NCBI GenBank assembly: GCA_041560205.1
Contig: JBFFBV010000008.1
Span: forward strand, 1,467-65,466
DNA length: 64,000 nt
Direction: 5' to 3'
DNA from: Candidatus Sulfomarinibacter sp.
GTDB taxonomy: Bacteria > Acidobacteriota > Thermoanaerobaculia > Thermoanaerobaculales > Sulfomarinibacteraceae
Part shown: piece by piece, positions 8,741 to 18,436 of the stretch
Position numbering within the stretch: the stretch's first letter is position 1
Layout: each line of letters opens with the position of its first letter
The notes under the pieces: model-generated
Told to the model about the DNA's origin: nothing
The model's input: only the letters and a program-made list of their open reading frames with translations
The model's database searches: none
Made by a program: the position numbers and the translations under genes

Positions 8741-9550
8741 ATGTTGTGTCGCAGACTGAGCGTTTTTCTTTCCCTGGTGGTTCTCGCGAGCTCCGCGTTG
8801 GCTCAGGAAATGCCGAATGCGAAGCAGATCGTCGAACGCATGATTGCCGCTGCGGGCGGTGACGCATTTGCGGAGTTCGGTGCGGTCCAGCTCGTGGTTC
8901 ACGAAGAACAGACACGAAACGACGGGACACAGACGACCAAGGAATACACTCTCGTCGTCGACACTCGGGACCTCGCAAACTTGCGCCTCGAGCACCCGAA
9001 TGGGACGGTCGTTGGAGCCAACGCCGCAGGCGGATGGGGCGTCGTCGATGGCGTGTTGGATGACCGGCCGCAGGCACCGACCATGGCCCGCAAGACCCTC
9101 AACCAGACGGTTTTCCCGCTGCTGATGCCGTTCAGCCTCGAGATGGAGGGTGTGGGCATCATCGAGGCGCGAGAGTCGACGCTCGAGGGGCGCGACGTGT
9201 GGGTGCTGGCAATCCCATTCAGCAAGGGGTTCTTCCTCTCGCCAGTGTTGACGACCACGTGGCTCATGGTCGTGGCCCAGGATGACTACTCGATCCTGGG
9301 CTACGAGTTCGTGCCACCGGTTGAGTATCGAAAGGTCTCACCGGTGGGTGTCCGCTATCGGATCCTCAAACATCACGAGATCGAGGGGGTAAAGATCGCC
9401 GAGCAGATCCTGTCCGTCGGTATCGATCCCCAGGGTCAGGAAAGCGGCCTGACGAGAGTCACCAAGATCGAGTCTTCCGCGAGGTTCTGGGAGCCCGCGC
9501 TCTTCCTCAGCCCGGCGGAGCTCGCGGCCCTCGAAGAAGAAGAAGAATAG
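8741..9550 (+). CDS. Secreted hypothetical protein (possibly LolA-like fold), acidic EEEEE C-terminus
   Basis: AAGGAG RBS 6 nt before ATG 8741. Signal peptide MLCRRLSVFLSLVVLASSALAQ. The function call is weak. Confidence 0.75.
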   Translation: MLCRRLSVFLSLVVLASSALAQEMPNAKQIVERMIAAAGGDAFAEFGAVQLVVHEEQTRNDGTQTTKEYTLVVDTRDLANLRLEHPNGTVVGANAAGGWGVVDGVLDDRPQAPTMARKTLNQTVFPLLMPFSLEMEGVGIIEARESTLEGRDVWVLAIPFSKGFFLSPVLTTTWLMVVAQDDYSILGYEFVPPVEYRKVSPVGVRYRILKHHEIEGVKIAEQILSVGIDPQGQESGLTRVTKIESSARFWEPALFLSPAELAALEEEEE

Positions 9551-9560
9551 GCCGTCGATC

Positions 9561-11036
9561 TCAGGCGGCTCCCCGGGTGGAGAGAACCACGGGGATGGTT
9601 TTGAGCAGGATCTTGAAGTCGAGCCACGGCGACCACTGGTCGATGTAGGCAAGGTCGAGGGCGATCCATCGGTTGAAGTCTTCCAGCTGAGCGCGACCCG
9701 ATACCTGCCACAGACCGGTGATCCCGGGCTTCATCGACAGGCGCCGTCGCTGCCATCGTTGGTACTGCTCGACCTCCTCGGGAATCGGGGGCCGCGGGCC
9801 GACCAGCGACATATCCCCCAAAAAGACGTTGTAAAGCTGCGGCAGCTCGTCCAGCGAAAGGCGGCGCAGCACGCGCCCGACTGGAGTCACCCGCGGGTCG
9901 CGTCGCGCCTTGAAGGCCGGTCCCTCGACCTCGTTGAGGTGCGCCACCTCATCCAGCTTCCGGTCGGCACCCTCGTACATGGTGCGGAACTTGAGGAGCT
10001 TGAACCGCCGGCCGTTGAGGCCGCAGCGGATCTGCGAGTACACGACGGGGCCGCGCGAGCCGAGCTTGATGGCCGCGGCGATGAAGGGCATCAGGGGCGC
10101 CGTCAGGACGATGCCGAGGACTGAGACCGAGATGTCCTGGAGACGCTTGAGGAACATCGGAAAGGGTGCGCCGGGGGTGGTCGTGAAGGTCAGGAGCGGG
10201 ATGCCCTCGAGCTCTTCGAGCACGACACGCGCTTTCATGTGCGGAAAGTACAGGGCGACGCGAGCACGGATGCCGAGCTCCGAGCACAGGAGGAAGCTCT
10301 CCTCGAACTCCTCCAGCTGCCGTCGCGAGAGAACAAAGATGACCTCGTCGACGACCTCGTTCTGGAGGATCTCGGGGAGGTCGTCGGCCCGGCCCAGCAC
10401 CGGCACCCCTGCCACCTCCGCGGCATGCTCGCCGTTGGGGGCGACAAAACCAACGAGCTTGAGGCCCCAATGAGGATGGTCGCTGATGATGCGCGCCACC
10501 TCTTCGGCCCGGGGATTGATGCCGACGATGAGCAGGCTGCGGTAGTTGTATCCGCGTTGACGGACTCGCCGTGCCGAGAGGCGCAGGACCAGTTTCTCGG
10601 CGATCAGGAACAGCAGATTGAGGGTGGCGAATAGGATCAGGAATGGCCGTGAAACGAAATCGAGGCGAAGCAGCCACCCGGCAGCGGCGAGCACGAGGGT
10701 GCCACCGCCGACCACCTGGACCACCTGCCAGACCTCCGCGGCGAGGGCGACGGTACGACGGGATGTGTAGGCCTCGCGGGTGACCAGAAGAAGCGTCCAG
10801 ATGGCGAGGACGAGCGGCAGCAGGCCGAGGTAGCGCGAGAGCGGGTAGAGCTCGGTCGGGAAAATCGAGGGCGCGAGCTGGGGCGCGATGTGGGAGCGCA
10901 ACCACCAGGCGAGGAGAAAGGCCGCGGTAGTGAGCACCAGATCGGCGCTCCACACCCAGTAGGCGACGACCTTCGCCCGTTCCTTCAGCACAAGCCCTCC
11001 AACAGCCTTTCGTATCGGTCGGCCACGTCCGACCAC
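9561..11036 (-). CDS. Polyprenyl-phosphate glycosylphosphotransferase (polytopic initiating sugar transferase)
   Basis: N-terminal TM helices. C-terminal bacterial sugar-transferase motifs LLKFRTMYEGAD, FKARRDPRVTPVGRVLRRLSLDELPQLYNVFLGDMSLVGPRPP. The start may instead be the internal GTG at 10991, which reduces the overlap with the upstream gene to 7 nt. Confidence 0.9.
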   Translation of the reverse strand: MVGRGRPIRKAVGGLVLKERAKVVAYWVWSADLVLTTAAFLLAWWLRSHIAPQLAPSIFPTELYPLSRYLGLLPLVLAIWTLLLVTREAYTSRRTVALAAEVWQVVQVVGGGTLVLAAAGWLLRLDFVSRPFLILFATLNLLFLIAEKLVLRLSARRVRQRGYNYRSLLIVGINPRAEEVARIISDHPHWGLKLVGFVAPNGEHAAEVAGVPVLGRADDLPEILQNEVVDEVIFVLSRRQLEEFEESFLLCSELGIRARVALYFPHMKARVVLEELEGIPLLTFTTTPGAPFPMFLKRLQDISVSVLGIVLTAPLMPFIAAAIKLGSRGPVVYSQIRCGLNGRRFKLLKFRTMYEGADRKLDEVAHLNEVEGPAFKARRDPRVTPVGRVLRRLSLDELPQLYNVFLGDMSLVGPRPPIPEEVEQYQRWQRRRLSMKPGITGLWQVSGRAQLEDFNRWIALDLAYIDQWSPWLDFKILLKTIPVVLSTRGAA

Positions 11037-12076
11037 CGATATCTTTCCGCGACCCGCTGTGTCGAACGCCGCCCCATCTCAGAGAGTCGATGCTCGTCGT
11101 CGATCACGGCAGCGATCGTGCTCTCGAGACGGGTTGCGCCTTCGAAGCGGAAGGGCGCGCCGACGCCGCCGGCAACCTCCCGGTTCTCGGGCGTGTCATA
11201 GTACAGCACCGGCCGCCCGGCGCCCATCGCTTCGACCAGGGCGGGGTGCGTGCCGCCGACCTCGGTGGCGTGGATATAGGCGCGGCAGTTGAAAAGAAGC
11301 TGCCGGTACCCCTCACCGTAGATCGGACCAGGAAGCAGCACCCGGTCGTCGGCAAGCTCGGTCACGCGGCGGGTGAGACCACGCGCGTAGGGAGCTCCGC
11401 CGACCATGATGAGAGGCCGCGAGCCCTCGACCAGACGATAGGCCTCCACGACCCGGTCGGGGTTGTTCTCCGGCTCGAAGCGCGAGACGTAGAGCAAGTA
11501 CCCTCCGGGCTCGACGCCAAGCTCGGGGAGCACTCCGGAGCCTTCGGGGGCTTCGAGGTCGCCGCCGTAGACGATCATCTCAGATGCCACCCCGTAGGCA
11601 CGACGGTAATAGCGGCGAATGACCTCCGCGTCGGTGACGAGGGCGTTGGGCAGTCGGGCGGCAAACCACTCCCCGAGGCGGTAGTAGCTGCGCCCGGCCC
11701 ACCCCCACTTGCGCCGCTTCCGTTCGAGGCCGTCGACGTTGAGTGCCACCGGGACGCCCGCCATCTGCAGAATGCGGACAAAGGGGGCGTTGGCCGCGTT
11801 GCACATCAAGACGACGTCATAACCCTTCCGTGCCGCGTGGACTGCTGACAGCATGGTGTGAGAGACGGTCTCCAGGTGCTTGGTACGCAAGGCCGGCAGG
11901 ACCACCAGCCGCATGCCCCTGTAGTCCTCGAGCCCAGGGTCGATGAAACCGCGGCGGCCGTAGACCGTGATCTCGTGGCCGCGCTCCGCGAGGCGCGCTC
12001 CGAGCTCCTCGGCGAAGGTCTCGAAGCCGCCGTAATTTGCGGGCACCCCGCGGGTGCCGATGATCGCGAGTCTCAC
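10985..12076 (-). CDS. Glycosyltransferase family 4 (DUF1972-type N-terminus)
   Basis: MRLAIIGTRGVPANYGGFETFAEELGARLAERGHEITVY is typical of DUF1972 GT-B enzymes. GTGA start-stop overlap with the upstream GT2. Confidence 0.85.
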   Translation of the reverse strand: MRLAIIGTRGVPANYGGFETFAEELGARLAERGHEITVYGRRGFIDPGLEDYRGMRLVVLPALRTKHLETVSHTMLSAVHAARKGYDVVLMCNAANAPFVRILQMAGVPVALNVDGLERKRRKWGWAGRSYYRLGEWFAARLPNALVTDAEVIRRYYRRAYGVASEMIVYGGDLEAPEGSGVLPELGVEPGGYLLYVSRFEPENNPDRVVEAYRLVEGSRPLIMVGGAPYARGLTRRVTELADDRVLLPGPIYGEGYRQLLFNCRAYIHATEVGGTHPALVEAMGAGRPVLYYDTPENREVAGGVGAPFRFEGATRLESTIAAVIDDEHRLSEMGRRSTQRVAERYRWSDVADRYERLLEGLC

Positions 12077-13116
12077 GCCCCTTCGACCTCCTCCACCCGT
12101 CCTCGTCTACGAAACCAAGGGTTGATCTGTCGGGGCGGCACGGTGCGGCGGCCGACCACCCATTGGCGACGCCGTCGAGAGTCAGCACGCAGGCGCCACA
12201 GATCGGCCAGGGCGGGCAGCGAGGACCGTTCGACGGTCAGGCATGCGCCGATGACCACCAGGTCGCGCACGAACCACCACGGAAAGCATCGAAGGTGCCA
12301 CCGGGTGTCGGCACAGTGGCGCCGGAGCAGAAAGCGGTTGCGCACCGAGTAACGGTTGATGGTCTCGTGGCCCTCGCGCCCCTCTTCGGGCCGGAACCCC
12401 CTCCGGTGAGCGGCGACTGCCTCGGGAGCGTAGAGACAACGCCAACCGCGCAGCTGGAGGCGCCACGCGAGCTCGGCGTCCTCGCGGTAAGCGAAGAAGG
12501 ATTCGGCAAAGATCTCTTCGTCCGGATAGGCGACATCCGCAAGGGCCTTCCGTCGCAGGAGGATCGCAGCCGCCGTGCCCCCGAAGACCCAGGCCGGGCG
12601 ATCGAATGAACCGTCGTCCGGCAGGCCCGCTCCGCGATCGAGGTGGCGTCCGGAAGGCGTGACGATCATCCCGGCAGCATCGATGGTCATTCCGGCTTCG
12701 AGATCGGGCCCTTCGGCGCGCAGCAGCTTCGGACTGACCGCGCCGATCCTGTCGCCTTGCGACGTGTTCGCAACCGCCTGGAAGAGGCGCCTCACGCAAT
12801 CCGGCATCGGTGCACAGTCCGGGTTGAGGAGCAGGATCCAGGGCTCCGATGTGGCGGCGATACCGCGGTTGGCGGCGGCGGCGAAACCGGTGTTTCGCGC
12901 CTCGCACAGGACCTCGGAGTTGAGATTGCCCGACCGATTCGAAGCGATCTCGACCGAGGCGTCGGATGAAGCGTTGTCAACCACCACCAATCGAGCCGGA
13001 GCGGGATCGAGGCGCTCCACCGCGGCCAGGCATCGGGGGAGCGTCTCGGCGTGGTCGAAGGTCACGATGACCACCGCGAAGGGGGTTTCGACGTTCACGA
13101 CGCCATCTTGGCACAT
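12073..13116 (-). CDS. Glycosyltransferase family 2
   Basis: FAVVIVTFDHAETLPRCL..VVVDNASSD, LLLNPDCAP, FFAYREDAELAWRLQLRGWR. Confidence 0.85.
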   Translation of the reverse strand: MCQDGVVNVETPFAVVIVTFDHAETLPRCLAAVERLDPAPARLVVVDNASSDASVEIASNRSGNLNSEVLCEARNTGFAAAANRGIAATSEPWILLLNPDCAPMPDCVRRLFQAVANTSQGDRIGAVSPKLLRAEGPDLEAGMTIDAAGMIVTPSGRHLDRGAGLPDDGSFDRPAWVFGGTAAAILLRRKALADVAYPDEEIFAESFFAYREDAELAWRLQLRGWRCLYAPEAVAAHRRGFRPEEGREGHETINRYSVRNRFLLRRHCADTRWHLRCFPWWFVRDLVVIGACLTVERSSLPALADLWRLRADSRRRRQWVVGRRTVPPRQINPWFRRRGRVEEVEGA

Positions 13117-13254
13117 CTTCCGTCCCGAAGAAGGAGTCAGGAGGGATCGGGGCGGTCACGCGGGTCGGACCTGTGATGGAGGCAGCGGTCGATCAGTATA
13201 CTCATGGATGACGATGAAGCATGCAGGTGAGTCAATGAGCCGGGGGTCCCTGCT

Positions 13255-15543
13255 GTGAGTCCGGTTCACGCCCTCTTCCTGGTCCCGGTTCTCATGCTGC
13301 TGCCCGGATACGCTCTGCTCCCAAGCGGCTATCCGCGGCGGCTTCGCCTCCCCTTCGTGATCTTCGCCAGCGTCGCGGTGACCTCAGCCGTTGGTCTGGC
13401 CCTCATGTTGTCGGGCAACTTCAGCGTGCCGTTGCTGGCTGCGCTCGAGGCACCGCTCCTTTATTTTCGATTTCGCGCAGGAGCCTGGCCCGCGCTCGGG
13501 CTGCGTCACCACCTTCCAACAGTGTTGCTCCTGATCGTCGTGGCGATCTTCGCTGTGCTGACCTCGGGTGAGCCGTTTGACGGGACCGGGGACGCCGGGG
13601 TCTACACGATCTCCGCCGTCCACCTGTCCGAAACTGGTCGCTGGTCGTGGCCCCTCGACGAGGTCGTGCCAGCGGGCGTGCCAGAGGAGCTGGTCGTCTA
13701 CGAGCCGCCGTACGTCCGGCCGTGGCGCGAGGTGGCACCCGGCTTCATCGTTCGCGGCCAGCAGGTCGTACCCCAGTTCTTCCCGCTCTTTCCGGTCTGG
13801 GGCGCCATCTTTGGCGCCTGGTTGGGGATGCATGGGGTCTTGGCGGCGAATCTCCTGGGCGCCGTGATGCTCGTTCTCGGCTGCGATGCGCTCTTCCGGG
13901 TCCTGCTCGGCCGCGACTGGCGCTTTGCGGGCCTGGCGGTGCTTCTGCTCAACCCGATCTTCCTCGTCTTCGTCAAATACCCGAGCGCCGAGGTCTTCCT
14001 CGCCGGCCTTCTGGCCGGTTGGCTCCTGTGGATGGTACTGTTTCTGCGCGCGCCGACCGCGCGTGGATCGTTGATGCCGGCGGCACTTCTGGCCCTGGCG
14101 ATCCTCACGAAGTTCTTCGCCTGGGCCGTGGCCGGCGCGGTCGTGCTCGTGTGTGTTCTTCTGCCCCTGCGTCATCTGAGGGCAACAGTAGGTTTTGCCG
14201 TGCTGCTGCCGCCGGCCTTCGCCCTCGATGCGTGGCTGGCGACGCCACACCTCCAGAACCACCTCGGGCAGCTCCTGATCTTGTCCGGGTTCAAGGTCGT
14301 TCTGGTTGGGTGCGGCCTTGTCCTGCTCCTCCGCCTGGTGTGGTCGAGGGTGGCCAGAGCGGCGCCTCCGGCGCTCGCCGTCGTGTACATGATTGCTCTG
14401 GGTCTTCTGTGGTCGTCGGCCAAGGCGAGCCACGTGCGCGACTATGCGACCCTGAGCGGGCCTCTCGTCCTGTGGGGCGCCGCCATCGGCCTTGCTTGGT
14501 ACCTGTGGCGACGGCGCGCGATGTGGCTCGTGCTGCCGGCTTTCGTTTTCGTTCTCCTCAGCCTCTACCTCTTTCTCGGCAGTGGTGACTCGCCGTACTA
14601 CCCATTCGCTGCACGGCGATACCTCCCGATCACGGTGCCTCTGGGAGCCCTGTTTCTCGGGTACCTCGTCCGGGAACTCGCGCTTCGGATGAGCCGGCGA
14701 CTCCGGATTGCGCGGCCGATCCCCACTGCGATCGCGTGCCTGCTGCTGGCCGTGGCGGCGCTGCCGGCCCTGTGGGTTCAATATCCGGCCGTTCTCGTGC
14801 GTCACGGGAATGGTTTTGTCGAAACTCTGACGGAGCTCCGGCGGGTCACCAGGGGGCGAGGGGTAGTTCTCGCGACCGGGCAGGCGTGGCGCTACGCTCC
14901 CCACCTCCTGCTTGGTGGAGATTCCGTTTTTTGCCTTGACCTTCGTCCTCCGGGAGTCCTCGAGGTGCTTCAGGGTTTCGTCGGCGGAGTTCCCGGAGTC
15001 GTTATGCTCACGAACGAACAACGTGAAAAGGGTCTGCTGGGAGTCGTCGCTGAAGAACGGCGTGGCATCAGCCAGACGAACTCGCCGCCCCTGAAGGCCG
15101 CGCTGCCGCGCACGACCACATTTCGACTCTTCAGCGCCGACATGAGGAGCTGGACGGTACCCGATCGACTCGATGTTGGAGAGGACGACCAGCTGAGTGT
15201 GGCGGGTTGTCATCATCCCGAACGGGCGAAGGGGAGAAGCTTCCGTTGGACGGGAGGTCATGCCAGGGTGTTGGTTGGGGCGGGTGAGCAGCTTCGCTTC
15301 GTGTGGTCGAGAGGCGGGAACCCCACGAAGCCCCTGCCGGTCAGCGTCTTCGCGCGAGGTCTGCACATCGGCGACGACCGGCTTGCGGACGGCTGGCAGA
15401 CGAGCCGCTGGTTCGATATCCCGCTCGGCGACGGACCGGTGCAGATCGAAATTCGCACCCCGACCTTCCAACCCGCCCTCCTGGGCCGAGGGAACGATCG
15501 CCGAAAGCTCGGTCTCTGCCTCGACGCTGTCGAGATTCGTTGA
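13255..15543 (+). CDS. Polytopic membrane protein, probable GT-C-fold glycosyltransferase/polymerase-like
   Basis: GTG start. More than 10 predicted TM helices, then a ~150-aa soluble C-terminal domain (SFRWTGGHARVLV...RKLGLCLDAVEI) as seen in ArnT/PMT-like proteins. Divergent from the GT operon. Confidence 0.7.
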   Translation: MSPVHALFLVPVLMLLPGYALLPSGYPRRLRLPFVIFASVAVTSAVGLALMLSGNFSVPLLAALEAPLLYFRFRAGAWPALGLRHHLPTVLLLIVVAIFAVLTSGEPFDGTGDAGVYTISAVHLSETGRWSWPLDEVVPAGVPEELVVYEPPYVRPWREVAPGFIVRGQQVVPQFFPLFPVWGAIFGAWLGMHGVLAANLLGAVMLVLGCDALFRVLLGRDWRFAGLAVLLLNPIFLVFVKYPSAEVFLAGLLAGWLLWMVLFLRAPTARGSLMPAALLALAILTKFFAWAVAGAVVLVCVLLPLRHLRATVGFAVLLPPAFALDAWLATPHLQNHLGQLLILSGFKVVLVGCGLVLLLRLVWSRVARAAPPALAVVYMIALGLLWSSAKASHVRDYATLSGPLVLWGAAIGLAWYLWRRRAMWLVLPAFVFVLLSLYLFLGSGDSPYYPFAARRYLPITVPLGALFLGYLVRELALRMSRRLRIARPIPTAIACLLLAVAALPALWVQYPAVLVRHGNGFVETLTELRRVTRGRGVVLATGQAWRYAPHLLLGGDSVFCLDLRPPGVLEVLQGFVGGVPGVVMLTNEQREKGLLGVVAEERRGISQTNSPPLKAALPRTTTFRLFSADMRSWTVPDRLDVGEDDQLSVAGCHHPERAKGRSFRWTGGHARVLVGAGEQLRFVWSRGGNPTKPLPVSVFARGLHIGDDRLADGWQTSRWFDIPLGDGPVQIEIRTPTFQPALLGRGNDRRKLGLCLDAVEIR

Positions 15544-15765
15544 GCTCGTCGCGGATCCACGCCTGAGGAGGCCCGGGGTTCGCGATGGTATTCTGCGAGT
15601 TGTGATGCTTGACGAGAGTTCGCCGTTGAGCCCCGAACTCGGAGATCCCCGCACCCTCCCCGTGGCGGGTGGTTGTGGTCCTGTCTCGTGCGACCTCGAC
15701 CCACCATCGAGTGGCCAATGGTCGTCCGTGGTGAACCGAATGAGCGTTGGGAGGGCTGCGAACGA

Positions 15766-17565
15766 ATGACCTGGACCGCGTGGTTCGCTCTCTTCGTGAC
15801 AGCGCTCGTGGTTGCCGGCCTGGCTCGGAACCTGGCCGCCGATGCCCTTCTGTGGGGAGCGGTGCTCGCGTGCGGTTTGGCGGGCATCCTCAGCCTTGAA
15901 GAGATGTTCGTCGGCTTCACCAACTCGGGGATGCTGACGATCGCCGCCCTCTATGTGGTTGCCGCCGGCGTTCGCGAGACAGGGGCTCTTGATCTTGTCG
16001 CACGGAGGTTTTTGCGAGGCGTCCGATCAACTCGGGCACTGATGATCCGTCTGGGTATGGTGGTGCCGGTCCTCTCGGCATTCCTCAACAACACGCCGGT
16101 CGTGGCGATGCTCATTCCGATGTTGACCGGGTGGTCTGCGAAACACCGTGTTTCACCATCGAAGCTCCTGATTCCCGTCTCATTCATGTCGATCCTCGGT
16201 GGCATGACGACCCTGATCGGCACCTCGACCAACCTCGTGGTCCACGGCATGATGGCCGACACCGCGGCGGCGCGACCCGAGCTCGCGCAGTCGCTTCGAC
16301 CGATGGGTTTGTTCGAAATAGGCGCCGTCGGGATCCCGTGCGCCATCCTCGGCATTGCCTACCTGATTCTCTTCTCCCGTCGCCTGCTGCCCGAACGAAT
16401 GGACATGCTCGAGGAGATCGGCACTTCGCCGCGCGAGTATCTGGTCGAGATGAGGGTCGCTGACGGGTGTCAGTTCGTCGATATGCACGTCGAGGAAGCC
16501 GGCCTTCGCCACCTCCACGGCCTTTACCTCCATGAGATCGTACGGGACGGCGAGCTGATCGCGCCCGTCCAACCGGATCACCTGATCGAGCCGGGTGATG
16601 TGCTCAGCTTCAGCGGTGTCGTGAGCCAGATTGTCGATTTGGAGAAGCTGCCCGGACTCATCCCGGTGGCGGATCCCGGCTACGAACAGGAGCTTTCCGT
16701 TCAGCGGGAAAGCATGCTGACTGAGGCCGTGGTTTCGCCGACCTCCCCGATCATCGGTCAGAGCATCATCGAGAGCAACTTCCGCGCTCTCTACAACGCG
16801 GCGGTGGTCGCGGTGCACCGCGGGGGAACCCGTCTGTCCGGCAGGGTGGGCGAGGTCGTGCTCCGCTCGGGTGACACCCTGCTCCTGCAAACCGGTCCGC
16901 ATTTTGTTGATGCCCACCGCAACAACCGGGATTTCTTCCTGGTCAGCGGTGTCGCGGATTCCCAGCCGCCGCGCCACGCCCAGGCGGGTCTATCGCTCGT
17001 CCTGCTGGGGCTGATGATCGTATTGCTGATGAGCCAGGTGATCCCGACGGTTCTGTCGGCCTTTCTCATCGCCGGTGCGATGATCGTCGGTCGCTGTATC
17101 TCGGTGGCGAGAGCGCGCCAGGCGCTCGAGCTGCAGACGCTTTTCGCCATCGCGGGCGCCATTGCGCTCGGACTTGCACTTTTCAATTCAGGTGCGGTGC
17201 ACGCCATCGCGCATTCGACCGTTGCGACCGTCGGCCTCTGGGGTCCCTATGCGGTGCTTGCGGCGCTCGCCCTCTTGACGATGCTCTTCACCGAGGTTGT
17301 CACCAACACTGCGGCGGCGGCGCTGATGTTCCCGCTCGCCGTGGCAACGGCCCTCGACCTCGGGGTCGATCCTCGCCCCTTCGTCATGGTGGTGGCCCTC
17401 ATCGCTTCGGCGAGCTTTCTGACGCCGATCGGGTATCAGACCAATCTCATGGTCTACGGCCCCGGAGGGTACCGTTTCACCGATTTCACCCGGGTCGGGC
17501 TCCCGCTCAGTGCCCTCCTGATCGGGGCGGCGACCCTCTTTGCCCCCTTGGTGTGGCCGTTCTGA
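15766..17565 (+). CDS. SLC13/DASS-family anion transporter with two central TrkA-C (RCK_C) domains
   Basis: GGGAGGG RBS then ATG 15766 (MTWTAWFALFVTALVVAGL...). Two permease halves flank two TrkA-C-like segments (VEMRVADGCQFVDMHVEEAGLR; LTEAVVSPTSPIIGQSIIESNFR). Confidence 0.85.
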   Translation: MTWTAWFALFVTALVVAGLARNLAADALLWGAVLACGLAGILSLEEMFVGFTNSGMLTIAALYVVAAGVRETGALDLVARRFLRGVRSTRALMIRLGMVVPVLSAFLNNTPVVAMLIPMLTGWSAKHRVSPSKLLIPVSFMSILGGMTTLIGTSTNLVVHGMMADTAAARPELAQSLRPMGLFEIGAVGIPCAILGIAYLILFSRRLLPERMDMLEEIGTSPREYLVEMRVADGCQFVDMHVEEAGLRHLHGLYLHEIVRDGELIAPVQPDHLIEPGDVLSFSGVVSQIVDLEKLPGLIPVADPGYEQELSVQRESMLTEAVVSPTSPIIGQSIIESNFRALYNAAVVAVHRGGTRLSGRVGEVVLRSGDTLLLQTGPHFVDAHRNNRDFFLVSGVADSQPPRHAQAGLSLVLLGLMIVLLMSQVIPTVLSAFLIAGAMIVGRCISVARARQALELQTLFAIAGAIALGLALFNSGAVHAIAHSTVATVGLWGPYAVLAALALLTMLFTEVVTNTAAAALMFPLAVATALDLGVDPRPFVMVVALIASASFLTPIGYQTNLMVYGPGGYRFTDFTRVGLPLSALLIGAATLFAPLVWPF

Positions 17566-18436
17566 TCGTCTCCAGGGCAGCTCTGTACGCGTCGCGCTGA
17601 TCGGGCTGGAGGAGCATCCGCCCTCGGAGAACGAGCCGGAGGCACTTTCGAACCAAACCGAGCCGTCCCGGATGATGGCGCGCCGTGTAATGCAGGAGAT
17701 TGGTGTAGTAGGCGGCAAAAAACGCCCCGCGGCCGAGCTCGGCGATGCTCGATCCACCGCGGTGGAGGAGGCGCGCCGAGGGTTCGACCACAAAGCCTTC
17801 GTTTGCGGGGAAACCTGGATCCTCGAGACCTTCGTCGAGACGCACACAGAAGTCGACGTCCTCCCACCAGGCAGGCTCGAAGGTCGGATCGAGCCCGCCG
17901 AGGGCTTCCCACACGTCCCGACGAATCAGCCACGCCGCCGCCGCCGGCTGCGGAACCGTGGCGGGGGCAAGTGGCGGTGACGAAAAGGCGGGCGCGCCCG
18001 AGAGACCAAGGGCGAGCCGAGCTGCCCCTGGAAGGCGCTTGAGCTGCCAACGGTGCTGTGAGGCACCATCGAAACCCTCCAGAAGCGGTACAGCTCCCGC
18101 TACGCCCGGGCGGCTGTCGACCACGGACGCGAGCGATTCCACTGCGCCCTCGAGCACCTCGGTGTCCGGATTGAGAAGGAGCAACAACGGCTCGGACGAC
18201 TCACCTGCGCCGCGATCCGCGGCGTATGCGAAACCACGATTGTGTTCGAGAGCGACGACCTGGACGTCGGGAAACTCGGCGGCCAGCCGCTCGGCTTCCC
18301 CATCACCGGATCCCGAGTCGACCAGGACGACGCTGCGAAGGCGCGGCCCACCGTTGGCGAGCAGTGTGCCGAGGCAGTGGCGGACCTCGTCGCCACCGCG
18401 CCAGCGCACGATTACGGCATCAACCTGGGACTTCAT
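17507..18436 (-). CDS. Glycosyltransferase family 2
   Basis: Start ATG 18436 forms an ATGA overlap with the upstream gene. VDAVIVRWRGGDEV..VVLVDSGSGDG, LLLLNPDTEV, WWEDVDFCVRL. Confidence 0.8.
   Translation of the reverse strand: MKSQVDAVIVRWRGGDEVRHCLGTLLANGGPRLRSVVLVDSGSGDGEAERLAAEFPDVQVVALEHNRGFAYAADRGAGESSEPLLLLLNPDTEVLEGAVESLASVVDSRPGVAGAVPLLEGFDGASQHRWQLKRLPGAARLALGLSGAPAFSSPPLAPATVPQPAAAAWLIRRDVWEALGGLDPTFEPAWWEDVDFCVRLDEGLEDPGFPANEGFVVEPSARLLHRGGSSIAELGRGAFFAAYYTNLLHYTARHHPGRLGLVRKCLRLVLRGRMLLQPDQRDAYRAALETIRTATPRGQRGSPPRSGGH

Noticed and set aside
13384-15654. 756-aa antisense ORF, and similar long shadow ORFs at 1322..2458, 6356..7702, 30193..31755, 33938..35350, 41114..43450 and 61755..63083
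   Set aside because: Each lies antisense to a gene with clear family motifs. Their translations are Arg/Pro/Gly-rich low-complexity sequence, typical of open antisense frames in high-GC DNA.
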